In this document: positions 11,924-25,600 of the stretch, one piece after another
Layout: each line of letters starts with the position of its first letter
Position numbering within the stretch: the stretch's first letter is position 1
Assembly (NCBI GenBank): GCA_964036045.1
Contig: OZ038378.1
Coordinates: forward strand, 164,672,001 to 164,736,000
Direction of reading: 5' to 3'
DNA: 64,000 bases
Source: Eutreptiella sp. 'Long Island Sound 2002'
Lineage: Eukaryota > Protista > Euglenida
Notes under the pieces: model-generated
What the model was told of the DNA's origin: nothing
Databases searched by the model: none
Seen by the model: the letters and a program-made list of their open reading frames with translations, nothing else
Position numbers and translations under genes: made by a program

Positions 11924-14900
11924 AATCGGGACTGTGCAGGCGACGCGCGGGGGATGTCTGCAGTTCTGCACTTGGGCAGCGGTGTGTCTGGTCCCTCCTC
12001 CTTTTTTGTTTTTTTAATATGGCACTGCCAGTCCAACCCTTCATTGAGAAACTGTACAAAGTACAATGTTATACTGCCTACGGTCTGCTTTGTGGAAGCC
12101 CTGGTTTTAGTAACCCCAATTGAGTTTGGGTGTCATCTTTTTGGGGGTACTTTTGTGGGTTTCTGCTCCCCTCCTCCTCCTCCTCCTCCTCCTCCTCGTC
12201 CTGCTCGTCACCGCAACCCGCGTTCTTCGATACACCCGTGGCCCAGCGGGAGGCGAGACGCCGAAGCGCAGCGCGCGCCCCGAGAGGCGCGGGACCGGCG
12301 ACGCGGCCACCGCGGGCCCGAGTGGACGGTGAGGCACGCAACACCGCGTGGGTCTTGCCCGGGCCACGGCTCAGTGGCGAAGTTTACCTTTTCCGGGGGG
12401 GGGGGGGGCTGCATAGGCCAAAAAAAAAGTTTGTGTACCTAAAATCGACCTCCAATTTCGGGCCCCTTCGATAAATTTCATTTTTGCCTGAGGAACATTT
12501 CTCGGATGTGGGTGGGTGCCCCCCCCCCCCTCCCTGGCAACCCTCTGTGCCACGTTGCTGAAGGGTATCTCGCCTCCGCCCCCTCCCCCTTTCCGCCCCC
12601 CTACATTGAGTTTCCTGATGTACAGCACACGCCACCCTCCTCTTTCCGTGCTTTCCTCCGTCCCCCTTCGGTCGTTCTGCCCGGGCCGCTTGTGTCTGCC
12701 CACAACGGCCCACTGACCGTTTTGGAACAACCGGGCAGTGGCCCCCCAGCCGCTTATCTAACCACCAACCGCTTTGGCAACCCCTAGAGAGATACCCTTT
12801 CAGCCTCCCGCCCCCTCAAGTGCATCCCTGTTGCACGCCCCCCGTCCCCCCCTTTGACCTTCGCTTGGCTCACCTTAATTCGGTTTAAACCGCCCTCCCC
12901 TTGAACCCCCTCCCCCTCTTTGTGTGGAACTCCGGCAAGACCATCAAGCGCAAGTCCAGGACGAAAGGTCACTCGAGTGCATAGTGCAAGGCCAAAGTCT
13001 GAACCTGCTCCCACTCAGCCACAACCCCATGGCTCATCCGCCCACACCTTCCAACTGCGACCAACGCATGGTTCTGTGAAGGCAACTTGGCAAAACGATT
13101 CGCTGGGGAGAGGAAGACAGCCCGTCACACGTTTCGCCGTCTCGCATTGGGTCGCCTGTTCTGCGCGTTGCATCAGAAGCAGCGTTGGGATGTCAGGAGC
13201 CGTTGGGACGGCGGACAGAAAGGGTTGGCAACAGGGTCGGAGTGGGTACTGTCGGTCACCAATGCCTTTGAGGGAGGGGGGCAGTTGTAAGATGGCCATC
13301 TCAAAGGCACTGAGGCTTTTGATGGCAGGCGCACCCCGGGCCTTGACGGAGTGCCTCGGCAACCCGGAGAATCCCGGGTGCCCCAGTGGTCTCAGGTCCC
13401 GATTCCTGGACCCCCAGTCCCCGGTACGAGCCCCAGGGAGGGGAACACCGTTTCGAGTAGCATCGGGGGGTAAAGCCTACAGGCCTGCCAAATGGGAATG
13501 CTCCCTGCGGGTGCACCGCAGGCCCCGCGGGGTCAGGGTACTTAGCTGCGGGGTAATTGGCACTGCATTGATTTTCCTGAATTTCGGGTGAAGGAAGCAG
13601 GTCAAACAGTCACAATGGCACAGTACTCAAAATGGACAGAAATGTTGCGCTAACCACTCCCTATTCAAAGGCACCGTTCACACAAGGAGCAATGTCCCAT
13701 GTTCCATGATAATTTACCCCAATTGCGCGCCGCAGGTGCTGCAGGCGCCGCAGGATTAGCGTTCCCCATGGTGTTGAGCACAGCGTACTAATCTCAGCAT
13801 TTGGCCCTCCATTACCTGCCTCCCGCCCAAGGTCCACCCTGGACGAGCGGGTTCGGGTGCACATGCGTGGCAAAGGGCACTCCACCATCATCCGTTCCAG
13901 CTGCCCACATAAAGGGATGCATTGAAAGTGGGGCAGGAACCGCCCTGCCTCCCATGGGCCAAGCCTGGGAGCCACTCCACCACCCATCCGTTTTCGGGGG
14001 AGGGAAGGGGCCAAACGGCCTGGCAGTGTCCGATTCTGTCAGCAACAGTCCTATTCACCCATTGTTGCCCCATCCGACTCAACGACCGTGAGTTGCACAC
14101 AGGCGGCCCCCCCAGGAACCCCTTCCCAAGCCCTGGAACATGCGTGGTCAATGCCCTCCCACAACACCTCACCCTAACCCCCCCAACCCCCCCACCCGTT
14201 GCCCCTCCATAAACCCCCACCCTCCCTGCGTTACAATTCCCACATTGGTGGCGGCGAGCACTCTCCAAACCTGGTGGTCTGGGGGTGACTGAATGTGACG
14301 TCCATCAATGAATGGTGGCACGGGAGTGGACGCTCCGGGGGCAGTCGTTGCAAGTCGTGAGCAAGGGGATCTACATATACTCTCGCCTGCAACATTGCGC
14401 GGGGACACATGGGAGGGGCTCGTTCCTCCCGCCCCCCCGCCGTACCTGGACAGGGAAGAGGATAGGGCACCCTGGCCTCAACCCAAACCCGGGCCTGTCG
14501 CTGACCCTTGACCTCCTTTGTCAACGCTCGGCGGATATTAGGTGGAACTTTGGTCACAGGTTTTAAAAAAAAAAACAACAACAATTGTGCCAGACATGCA
14601 CACCGTTTTGTTGGCAGTCTCCCTGCCTCTTTTCCCCGACAGCTTTCTGCCCCTTTTCCTGGCCACCGGACACTGGCCCTGCACACCGGTTGTACCACAT
14701 TGTAGCCTATGTGCTGGGTACAGCCGGGGCGGAAGCTTGTGAAGTAGCCAGCCGCAGTAACTACCCATACATAGGGCTGCTCAGATCCGTACTCAGTCCA
14801 AAAACTCAGGTAAAGCAATGTTTCACCCTGAAAATGGCAGATTGCTGTCTAAATCTGCTGTTTTTGCCCTGCGGACTTATGCTTCCCTAGTTGTGGGTGG

Positions 14901-16419
14901 GTTGCAGGGTGGTCACGGCAAACCTAACTTGCGAATGGGCGCTGTGCCCGCGCTGTGTGTGTGCTATGCAGAAACGCTCCCCAAGGGCCCGCAGCGGGGT
15001 TTGGGTTGGGCGGGAAGCGGGTTCCTGGGGAAGATGTTGCAGATTTTGCGAGATTGCCCCTTCCACCGGAACACTGCATCCCTGTTTACTTGGACGCAGA
15101 CACTGAGTACATCCTAGAGCCTGCTGAGAGGCCCTGGTCTGAGCCGGTGCCTCTTGACGTGCTCCCTGAAGCCACTGTGTTGCAGGGATAAATGCAGCCC
15201 ACCTCTTGGGGAGAGATGCAAGGCTTGGGTTGGCAAACACGTGACAAAATGTACACATGCTTTTTGGATGGGCAATGGTTATCTCATTGCAGCTTCTTTC
15301 TGGCAGGCCTGCCTGTGCACAAAGTGGGCACACACAGCACACGACGTCTGCCCATCAGTGTTGTCAAAAACTCCAACTACAATCCTGGGTTTGCAAGGTG
15401 GGGAGGGCGACGTTTTGGAGTCTGCAAATAGCCCAACTGTTGGGACAGTTGTGTCTGAGGCGGCAAAGCAAATAGTTGCATGGTGCACAAACAGCCCCCT
15501 GTTCTTTCCATTGTGTCGCAGATTTAATTGGAAGCAATTCTCCAGGCACGGTGACAACCATGGCAAGCCACTTGATGATTTCATTCTTAACTCTGGTGCC
15601 CCTAATGACATCCATACACTGAAGATGAAAATGTGCCCTTGTTTGTACCCAAGAATCTGGAAAAAAAAACCAGCATATGCAGATAGCACAGCCCATCAGC
15701 CAAAATTATGGGGGCAGGTGATACCATTGGATGGGAGGATATGGGAGGACCACGTTGGTGGGTGTGGTCCTGGTACACCATACGTATTTCTGCATGGGTC
15801 CTGACCCCCGACTGTCACGCAACATGTGTTGCACCACCTGGGACGGCCTTCTCGGGTGAGTTAGGAAGGACAACTATGTGGCCAGTCTCGGCCTTCAAGC
15901 CAAGTAAGGGTAAGGATTAACTGTCGGAAGATGATAGCTGTGACAAAGAAGTGGTAACGACCATGCAAATCCTTGGACAACACTCGGTGCCGGTACCCAT
16001 TCCAACGGCAGCCAACGCCCATTGCGGAGCCACAACCCGAGCTGGACGAGGATTGGACTTTGGTTGGAACAAAAGGAGGCATTGTGTGCCAGTGGGGCCA
16101 AGCACCGCCACTAGTGTTGGACACACCACTGTGGCTCAGCACGTGGTGGCTTTTGGGTCGCCCCCACCAAAAAAAAGTTTAGGGGTTGTCGGTGTTGGGG
16201 GCTGCACCTGGTCACCCCCATGGTGGGATATATCCCAACAACACATGGTATTTTACCTAACCCAACAAATAGAGGGCGGGCGTCCCTCTTTGAGGTGCAT
16301 TGCCAAAGGTAATAGAATTTTCTTGGCCTCTGTGCCTGCTATGGGGGTTGGGGTCTAAAACTGAAGTGAACCATGAGTGAATATTCACACCCACCCATCC
16401 CCTACAGGCACACCCTACT

Positions 16420-17090
16420 CTTTTTCACCCCCAATGCAAACTTTCTAATCATCTCGTAATCATCTTCACTTGTGTTGGTTCTCGGAAACCTTGGCAGGGA
16501 TGCAGGGCCTAAGGGGTTAGCACTTAGCGCCTAGTGCGGGGACAAAATTGGAAGTGGAGTGTAGCCTTCAGGAAGTTGGGAGGCACATTGTCCTGGTGGA
16601 AATCTACCTGACGAGCAGCCCACTATGCCCAATGTGCCCAATATGCGCCCCCCCAGATGGTGCCTAGCATGACTGAGCCCTTGTGAGAATCGGAGTACTC
16701 GGCTCACAGCAAAGAGCCGGACATTGGTGAGGAGGATATACACATGGCAGTCAATACCCCTCGCATTGGATGGCATGGGAGGGGGGGGGTGACAACAGTA
16801 CCCCACACTGGAAACAACCCCCGTCTGATTGTCCGCCAATGACAGTTTCAGAACTGAAAATGTCAACTAGCACTAGAACCTCAACTAGCGCCACTGCCAT
16901 GATTTTAGTGCAATATCTTGACCACGTCCTGCTTGCTTGCACACATAAAACCGTCCTGGGTGTTGACACAACCCCACAGTTGACAATCTCAACCTCCAGG
17001 GTTGAGTTCTCAGCACAAAGTCTGACTTGGAGCCGAGTACAAGGGTAGCATTGTCGACTTGAATTACTGCGTGTGGCCGGGTGACGGCCG
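16420..17090 (+). mobile_element. Decayed reverse-transcriptase relic, DIRS/YR-retrotransposon-like
   Basis: Frameshifted pieces in RT order: PNANFLII..SSLVL, WKQPP, ILVQYLDHVLLA (YLDD-like), then LQG*VLSTKSDLEPST (GFxxSxKSxLEP-like, typical of DIRS RTs). Confidence 0.4.
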
Positions 17091-18086
17091 CGTGAAAATT
17101 ACTAAGCCCATGTTTGTTCTAAGAAACAAAAGGTTGTGCCACTGGGTTACCCTCCTCTTTGTGTATCAGACTCACTGACATTTTGACGCACCAGCCCGCC
17201 CACACTGGTCTCACCCGCCCACCTGCCCACCTGCCCACGTGCCCAGCCCCAAAACCCCCCCACCCACCCACCCAATGCATGCCAAGAAGCCGAACTTCCA
17301 CAACAAGGTTGATGAAAATACCAGGCAAACCAGTGGATTGCTAGTGTGCCTTCAGCAATCCCCCCCCAACCCTCTTCATCCTCCACCCCATGCTGTTCCT
17401 TTGGGGGAGGGGGGGGCGCTGAGGCTCATGTACGAACAGTCCCAGTAACACGTCTTAACATACGGTCACCCTCCCGAGTGCTGTCCGTCAGCTGTCAGTC
17501 ATCCCAGGCAAGCACTCGAAAGTGAGGAGGAATATTCCCGCTCCCCCTTCAGTGACAATTCAATCTGTCAGCAGCCCACCAACCATTTTGGAAATGCCAG
17601 ACGTTGCTTGCCCAACTGCTTTCCAACCACCAGTAACTGCTGAGGCAACTACTTTGCATCCCCCCCTTCAGCCTTCTGCCCGCCGCGTCGATATAAAATC
17701 GAAAATTGATTTCACCCTCAAGGTAATCCGAGCTGCTTGTACCCCGAACAAATTTTTTCAATCAGATTCCCTTTGACCTTTGACCTTTGAAGCGACCGCT
17801 GGGTCTGCCGCTTTTTTCACTTGAGTTGCTACCCCAATTCAGGCCCTCATCAGCAAACAAGCGAAAACAAAATTAACACCCAGGAGGCACACTTACCCTG
17901 TGAGATGCAGGTTGCATCATTCCGACCATGCACCTGATTGCAGGTGAAAGTCGGCTGAAACAAAAAACCCTTCAGCCTTCTGCGCCCACAACCCTGCCCC
18001 CGCTCATAGCTGCGGCCACCCGTGCTGCCTCTCCGTTTCTTCGCCTCAACATGAGCCTTTGTTTCAGAGTTCCTGCGCATGCCCTA

Positions 18087-19178
18087 ATGTCCACTGCGGT
18101 GAGATACGGCTCTTACCAGCCCCTGTCCGGAGGGCTCCAACCCACTGCGCCCCCATGCCCGCCTTGGGTGCTGCTGTGCGCATGCGCAGGCCTCTTTGGC
18201 CTGCTGCTGCGCCTCAGCACCCCCGCCAACGCGACGCCCTCCCAGTCCATGTGGGTTCACACCGCGCCCACATCCACCGTGACGAGCCGCTCCGTACATC
18301 CCTATGCCAAGCCTGACTCGGTGGTACAGAGGCCCGTAGCCCTGGCCACTGCCCGGCCGCTGCTGGCCCCGCTGGGGTCGCTGCCGCGGCCGGAGCGACA
18401 CGCGACTGCAACTGCGGTGCCAGTCCTGTCCGCCCCCGCGCGCTCCCCTTTGCTGTGGATGTGGCTCGCCAGCGGGTCCGCTGCGCTGCTGCATGTTCTT
18501 TACTGGGCCGGGTACGCCCGCGCCAGACAGTGGGCCATGCTGTCGGTGTCTGGGGCCGCGCCCGACGCCCCCAGCCCCAGCGCCACATACGCGGCCTTGG
18601 CCAGCGACGCCCAGTTTCCCGCCTACGACGCGGTCTGCGCCGCTGACGTTGCACCCGCGGTGCGCACGCTGGTCGAGGAGTGCGACCGGGAGCTTGCCAC
18701 GCTGGAGGCGGCAGCCCCGGCGGCCCCAGCGCTGGCGCGCGCATTGCTGCGCCTTGGAGCCCGCGCGCACCGCGCGTGGCACATGCTTGCGCTGCTGCGG
18801 ACGGTCGATGGCGGGGTGGAGCTCCGCAGGGCCTGTGAGACCGCCCTTCCGGAGCTGAGCGCGTGCGCACTCCGTGTCGCCCAGTCTGGTCCGTGCTACG
18901 CCGCGCTGGAGGCGGGGGCACGTGCGACAGACCTGGGGCCCTCGGACCGGGCGGTTGTAGACGAGGCTGTGGCAGCTGCGGAGCTCGCTGGGGCCCGCCT
19001 TGACCAAGACGCGCAGCGCGAGTTCCGCAGCGTGGCGGCGGAGGCTGCGGATGCCCGACTGGAGGCGCTGGAAGCGGGGGCGCAGGGGAGGTCTGGCGGG
19101 GAGTTCGACTCTGAGGCCCTCCGTCCGTATCTGCAGTGGGACGCGGTCTGGGCTGCCCTCCAGGGCCTCGTGTCGCAG
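18087..19178 (+). CDS. Exon 1: tripartite plastid presequence + N-terminal oligopeptidase A-like helices
   Basis: Hydrophobic segment PWVLLCACAGLFGLLLRL, an S/T/P/A/R-rich spacer, then a second hydrophobic segment LLWMWLASGSAALLHVLYW + ARAR. This is followed by FPAYDAVCAADVAPAV…ELRRACETALPELS…EFDSEALRPYL, resembling PrlC/OpdA (LPPFSKIKPEHVVPAV…ELREAYEQTLPLLS…DEQLRPYF). Confidence 0.8.
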
Positions 19179-19584
19179 GTCCGTCCCACGGCAGTCTGCG
19201 CCCGACCCGAGACTCCACGGCGCATGTTCTGTCGCACCCACGGATCACCTGATCACTCCCATCTTCTGATTTGTCGTGATCGTCCTCGGTGTTGCGTGCC
19301 GTTGTGTGTTGCTGGCTGATGAATGGAAAGACCAGGCGACAAACCACCGACAAACCACCGGATCTACATGCATCAGTCTCTTTACAACATAAATATGGCG
19401 GTTATCACAGTTGGCATACCCAAGTGGTTACGGGGATGGACTGCTAATCCATTGTGCTTTGCATGCGCAGGTTCGAATCCTGCTGTCAACGATTTGTGCC
19501 ATGCAATGTATGTATGTATGTATGTACGTAGGTTGGAATCTATGTCCCTCCCCAAGGAGGAACTCTCGCACCCCTAGCAGCAAG

Positions 19585-19641
<57 letters not shown>

Positions 19642-22600
19642 GAGAAAGGGTTGGGGCGGTTGAGGTCCAGAACCTATTCGCATGACAAGAAAGTGCCAGT
19701 GCCATTGCCGTTGCCCCATCCACCCAGCCGGAAATCGTGAAGGGCCCTGACTGCATAGCACACACAAGGACAGACAGAAAAGAAGAGACCGTTTTTGGCG
19801 GTAAACGCCTGGTCGGTCAAAGGGCCAAATTTCAGGTCGGCACCAAGCCAACACTGGCAACTACGATGGACAACACCAAAACACGAGCCCAGCCTTTGCT
19901 TCCACTTTTCAATCAGACGTTTAGGACATGGAATCAGTTACGCTACACAGGGTACACAGTCAGCGGGCTTGCTGTCATTCCTGCAGGCCAGTCGCCTGCA
20001 CCACGGCAGCGAGCAACAACCAGCTACCGCTGGATAGTTCTCTTGTTGCAGAGCTGTGCAGATTCGAGAACAGCCTGTGGAAGTGACGCACAGGGTACGA
20101 AATGGATTGCATGGCACTCTCACTGCAGGTCTGGGGTGTGTCGCTTCAGCCGCTCACGGCCCAAGTGCCGCTCCCACATCCGGACGTCCGCCCGTACGCT
20201 GTCATGCGCGGGGGCGACATCGCCGCGTATCTGTTCCTGGACGCCCGCGCGCGCCCCGACAAGACCGGCTCCGGCTGGAGCCCGGCGCTGGCGCCGGTGG
20301 TGCCCCCGGCACTCCCACTCGTGCATGTGCTCGGGCGCACGCCGGCCTCGGGGATGACGTGGGCCGAGGTCGAGGGCCTGTTTGATGCGATGGGGGAGGC
20401 CCTGGGGCAGACTCTTTCGGCCGAGAACCGGCTGGAGCAGTGGGCGGCGCAGAAGGGCACGCTGCTGACACTCGTGGCGTCCCCCACGGAGGGCAGCGCG
20501 ATGCCCACGGACCTGCTGGCGAAGGTGGCGGCGGCCGCGGGGCTGGGGCCGGTGCAGGGCGCCCCGCCGGTGGAGGTGTACCCTACCGCCCCGAGGCCGC
20601 CAGTGCCCGAGGGCTTCTATGATGAGAACCTGCTCGATAAGTTTGCGCTGAAGCTGTTCCGGCTGCTCGTGCAGAGGGAGATCGCGTACGTCTCTCCGTT
20701 GGAGGTCCGTTGCGGTCGTGCGTCCCCTGCTGCGGGGGGCTGGACCGAGGTTGCGGGTCGCCGCCGTGTGTCGGTGGACTGGAAGTGATGAGGGATGCCT
20801 GCAGCCTGGGCTGTAGGCAGTCTCACTGCCCTGGCGGCTTTGCACCACTTTTGACGTGGTAAGAGGGGGCCCGGGGATGCCCACATACCGCGCCAAACCG
20901 GGTGTTTTGTGGGCAATGATCTGGCCTTTGCCAACACGTCAGGGACACAGAGTTCACTCCTCGCGCGCACGCGCGCACACGTACACACGAGACCACAGAC
21001 GCAGCAGATTGTCAGACTTTTCTCGTCGCGCTCGTGCAGACAAGGGCTATGCCCGTGGCAAGAGGGGGCTCTGGGATGCCGAGACATGGCCGCCCTCAAT
21101 TACACATGCTGACACATAGAGACCGCACCCACCCACACACCCACACCCCAATGCTACTGTAGCGTGGCGCGGGAACGGTTTCCAGTGGCACCACGAGACC
21201 AGAAAACCGACGGTGGTTTGCCGGGCACTGGAGGGGGACACTGTCTTGGCAGTAGACATCAGCCTCTGGGAGCACAGGGGATGGACGCACTTCCACGGCG
21301 AGCACGTGAGAGCCTGAGGGGCAGTGGGTCGACCGACGTGCCTGTGGCGCGGGCCGTGCGTGTGTCCAAAGCAGCATCATCCCTCCCGTACGGGGACAGG
21401 GTAGGGGTGGTGGGGGGATGCACAGGACCCCCACAACAACCAACACAACCTCAATATGCCAACTACTGGGCGCCGCTGACGTGCAAACGGCACATCCTGC
21501 CACATTCAGCACAGCCCCGGCACACCAACCACTGGGCTCCGCGAACGCAGAAACGACACCAGCAGGAGCACCGGCCGCAGCAGCCGACAGAAAGCAGCGA
21601 CCCGACGCAACATGCGAAGGGAAGAACGGGTGACTGTCCAGGGCCCCGTAAAGGAGCAACAACCCGACGGAATGTCACACGGGGGGGGTCCCCCCCCCCC
21701 TCCGCTCAAGCAAGGCCCTGCCGGGACAGTCCACAGTCGATGGTGTGCGCCCGCAGCTTTTGAAAAGGACCGGAGGCCCGGCGCACCGCCGCCTGCCTCA
21801 GCCCCCCCCAGCCCCCCCCCCCCCCCCCCACACTACGCACTCCAGGGGTACCCGGGGTTTTTGGAGGAGGCCAAGTATTACATGACCCAGACCAAGGCCA
21901 ACAAAGAGCAGCAGCAGGGGATGGTCAAGAACATACTGCGCACCGTCTGCGGCCCTGCGGTCCCGCCCGTGTACCGCACGTTCATGGCCCCGTGGCCCTG
22001 GTCCCCCTTCTTCACGGCCCTGTTCACGCCCCCGTTCTTCAAGTTCCTGGTGGGCCCCAACCGCTGGGCCCTGCGCAACGACGAGGCGCTGGGGGGCGTG
22101 TACGTGGAGCGCTGCCGCTTCTTGGAGGAGACGGGCTGCAAGGTATGCCCCCCCCAACGCCGGCCCTCAGTCGGACGTCCCATTTCCGCCGCAGCGGCCG
22201 CCCCCACGCAAGAGACCGGTGGGCTCTGCCCAGGGACCGCAACACGACCCACGCTGTGTCAAACCTCCACTGACAGACCCCCGCTCGGGAATCAAGACTT
22301 AAGCCTGGGACCAAGGGGGGCGGCCTCCAGACCCCCCCCCCCCTCCCCCCAGACCCCCTGAATTCTCCAGATTTTGCAGGAAATTGTTGGCGCCAAAGGT
22401 GCCGAAAATTTTTTTTGGCCTCCTGACGGGGTAATTTTTTTTTTTACACTACTGTACTCACTCACAATTTGTTGGAGAATTCATAAATGCGTGAAAAGCA
22501 CAAAAAAGTTTGACCCCCGACATGACCTTGGCTGATGGGAGCCTGAGCTAATGGGAAAATTTGTTCTGAAAATTTCTTTACCCCAGTCGTGTATGTTCCA

Positions 22601-25600
22601 AATGATGAGCATGGGGATCAATTTGAGGTATGTATGCTGGGGTACCCATCAACAACCCCTTGGGGAGCCCGGTGCCTGACCAGCCGATCCACCCCCCCGC
22701 CCCCTCCAGACCCCCAAAATTTTTCGCACCCGGTTGGAGTCTAGAAATCGAACAGGCCACCCCCCTCGCCTGGGACCAAGCTGGGGCCATATGGTTCTCT
22801 GGAACTGGGTTGAAAACCGGCTCATTTCCACCTCAAAATGGACCAGGGCACGGCACCACTGCATGAGAGACCCTCATTGACTTTTGTCCCCCCCCCAAAA
22901 AAAATTGCATTCAGCATTTGTTTAACACAGTTCAGAAAGGATCACGATTTCCACAGGTGACCATCAAGGAACGCGTAATGCGCACCCCCGGTGGAGCGCA
23001 GGGGGTGGACGGGTGGTTAGGCGCGGGGAGGAGTGGGGCACCTGGGCCTCACCCACAAGGGAACGCAGCGAGGCAGGTTGTTGACGACCGGAGGGCGGGG
23101 GAGCGTTAGCGCGCCGGGTGCGCGCCAGGCATCTTTTTTTGACCATTCCCCACTCGTGCCTCTTTTTGCCCTCACCTCACCAAACAATTTGGAGTACCTT
23201 CTCGCCGTGTCTAAGAATTTGGCCCATCCTTTGCACCCAGTTTATGATGATAGCAAGGGTGGTGGTTGGAAGTGGTGGGAGTGACATTTTGTGTTGTTGA
23301 ATTCTCATATTTCGGCTTATGCAAGGTGCCTTGCAGAGAAGGTTTGCGGTCTAGTGCGGTCTACTTGGGGGACTTCCCAAAGTGAGGATAAACTTGGGGC
23401 TAGAGATAAGAAACTTAATACAATGGTAGCGCGCTGGGCATGCGCTGGGCGCGCGCAGCAGGCAAACATTCCCCCAAACCCGTCAAACGACACCCGCAAC
23501 AACCAGCACAATCTCGGCACGCCAACTATTGGGCACCACTGACGCACAAACGGCACATCCCGCCACATTCGGCACACCAACCACTGGGCTCCGCGAACGC
23601 GGCAACGACACCAGAAGGAGCACCCGCCACAGCGGCCGACAGAAAGCAGCGACCCAACGCAACATGCGAAGGGAGGAACAGGTGTCTGTCCAGGGCCCCG
23701 TCAAGAAACAACTGGACGGAATGTCACACAGGGGGGGGCGAGCGGTTCCACCAGGATAGGGCGTGGGCGGTGGGGGGGTGGCTTCAGTGGGCCTCTGTTG
23801 TCAAAGAATTTCCCCCAGTCTTGCTACGTCCCTCGCCCAATTGGTTTACCTCCCGGATTCCGCCTTGTGCAGCTCCCTGGGCTGTCTGAGGCATGGGGAC
23901 CGCTGGTTCTGGCTGCTGGGGGGTGGCAGGTGCAGCAAACCTCCCCCGATTTCGCCCATCCCTGTGTCCCCTCGCGGAGATCCCCTCAGCACTTCTAGTC
24001 GGTGGCCCCAGCATGGAGCTGCATCTTTGGGTCGCGGCGGCTTCCCATCAAGTCGGAGTTGGTTTACCAGCCGGTGCACCCGGTCGGTTTGTTTGATGTG
24101 TGTGTCCGTGCTTCTACCCCCCCCCCCTCTGCTCCCACCTCATAGATTTTGTCCTTTGGTGCCCCTGAAGAGGCGGTCCCCTGAAGATGACACGGGTGGG
24201 AGTGGGGCCCTGGGTGGGGGGTGCATCAGATGTTTGTTCCACAACGGGCCCTGCGGTGCTTGGGGGGGGGGGGGGGTTGGCCTCAGCAGTTTTCAGCCTC
24301 GATTTCGAGGCTTAAGCTGTTGAGGCCGGTAATCGCTTCAGCAATTTGTGCACTGAAATGTTCCAGTGCCCAAACACGATTAGAAAAGCCTAAAGGAGCC
24401 CAGACATGCGTTACATGCGGTATTTGATCACTGTGAGTGATCAAGAATATCAAGAAATTTTTTTTTTGGAGTTTTCCATTTTTGAGTATTTAATAATTCC
24501 AATTCCCGTTTGTTTTTTGATATTGTGACCACTATGACCACTCAATCGAAGTTTTCCAATGTGGGGGGTATAGATGTGGTTTTTTTGCAGTCCGTGTCTC
24601 TTGGGGCCTGCCTGGGCCGTGCAGGATGAGCAGACAAGTTCCAGAAGCCTCAGCACCTTGTGGCGCCACCCTGGACTGGAGGGGTGGCATCGGGGATGTT
24701 GTGGCAGGATGCGCTTGGGAGGATGCAAAGCGACGTATCTGAAACACGCGAATCATGGTTTGCACTGAGAATAGGGTCACAACTGCGTAAGCAGTTTTCC
24801 CACCACTGCTTATGCAGTTTCCAACTCAACTCAACAGCTCCAAATGGGACATTCCAAAGCCTTCAAAGGCCTTCATCCACTGGGGCCCTGGGCCTTTGGT
24901 ACCGCATCGCTTGTGGGGGAGAGCACCCTCCCCACTTCAGGGCTTGGGGACTGACCGAACGTGAAGTGTGTCCGCGCGGGGCAGGGGGACGGGACGCCCC
25001 GAGGGCAGGGACAGGCATTGCACTCTCATGCACCCCCCCCCCCCTGCACTTCCCTGCGACAACAACCAAGCCCCCAAATCGGCGGCTGAATTTGGCTGAA
25101 TTTGCCGATTTGTCCTGCCGATTTGTTGGGTTTCTGGATGTGGCCGATTTGTTGTGCTGATTTGTCGGGGGTTCGGGATTCTGGGACACCTGATGAGAGG
25201 TGGGGGGGGGCAAAGAGAAATTACTGAATTGTTGAGAGTCGTGTCCAAAACCAAAAACACACAGCCTCGAGGCATGCCTCCGTCTTCATGGTCCCCCCAC
25301 CCCCTTGCTCCCAAATTTTGCCAGACAACAGGCTGAGGTGCGTGTGGCAGGACTGGGTCCCCCCCTCCCCTCCAACACTGGAAGCCACATCCAACACGAA
25401 TGGAACGCAGATGGCGATGAAGGCTGTGTGATGGCAGGCGCGGCGGGAGCTTCGTCCGTGATGGATCGGATTATCCGGACCGGCAATCTTCCCTCGCCAT
25501 AACCCTTAGGACATTGCAGTTCCCATTTGTAACATGACACATTTGCGGCACCCGTTTAAGATGAGAAATTTTCTAACATTACATAACATTTCTTTATTTC

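Noticed and set aside
12120-12332. Small ORF with a Leu-rich signal-like stretch
   Set aside because: The hydrophobic run comes from a (CCT)n microsatellite; no ATG and no partner exon identified.
17928-18050. Upstream ATG extension of the D27 fusion ORF
   Set aside because: It would bury the signal-like segment; ATG 18087 (or 18051) after a pyrimidine-rich AG fits better.
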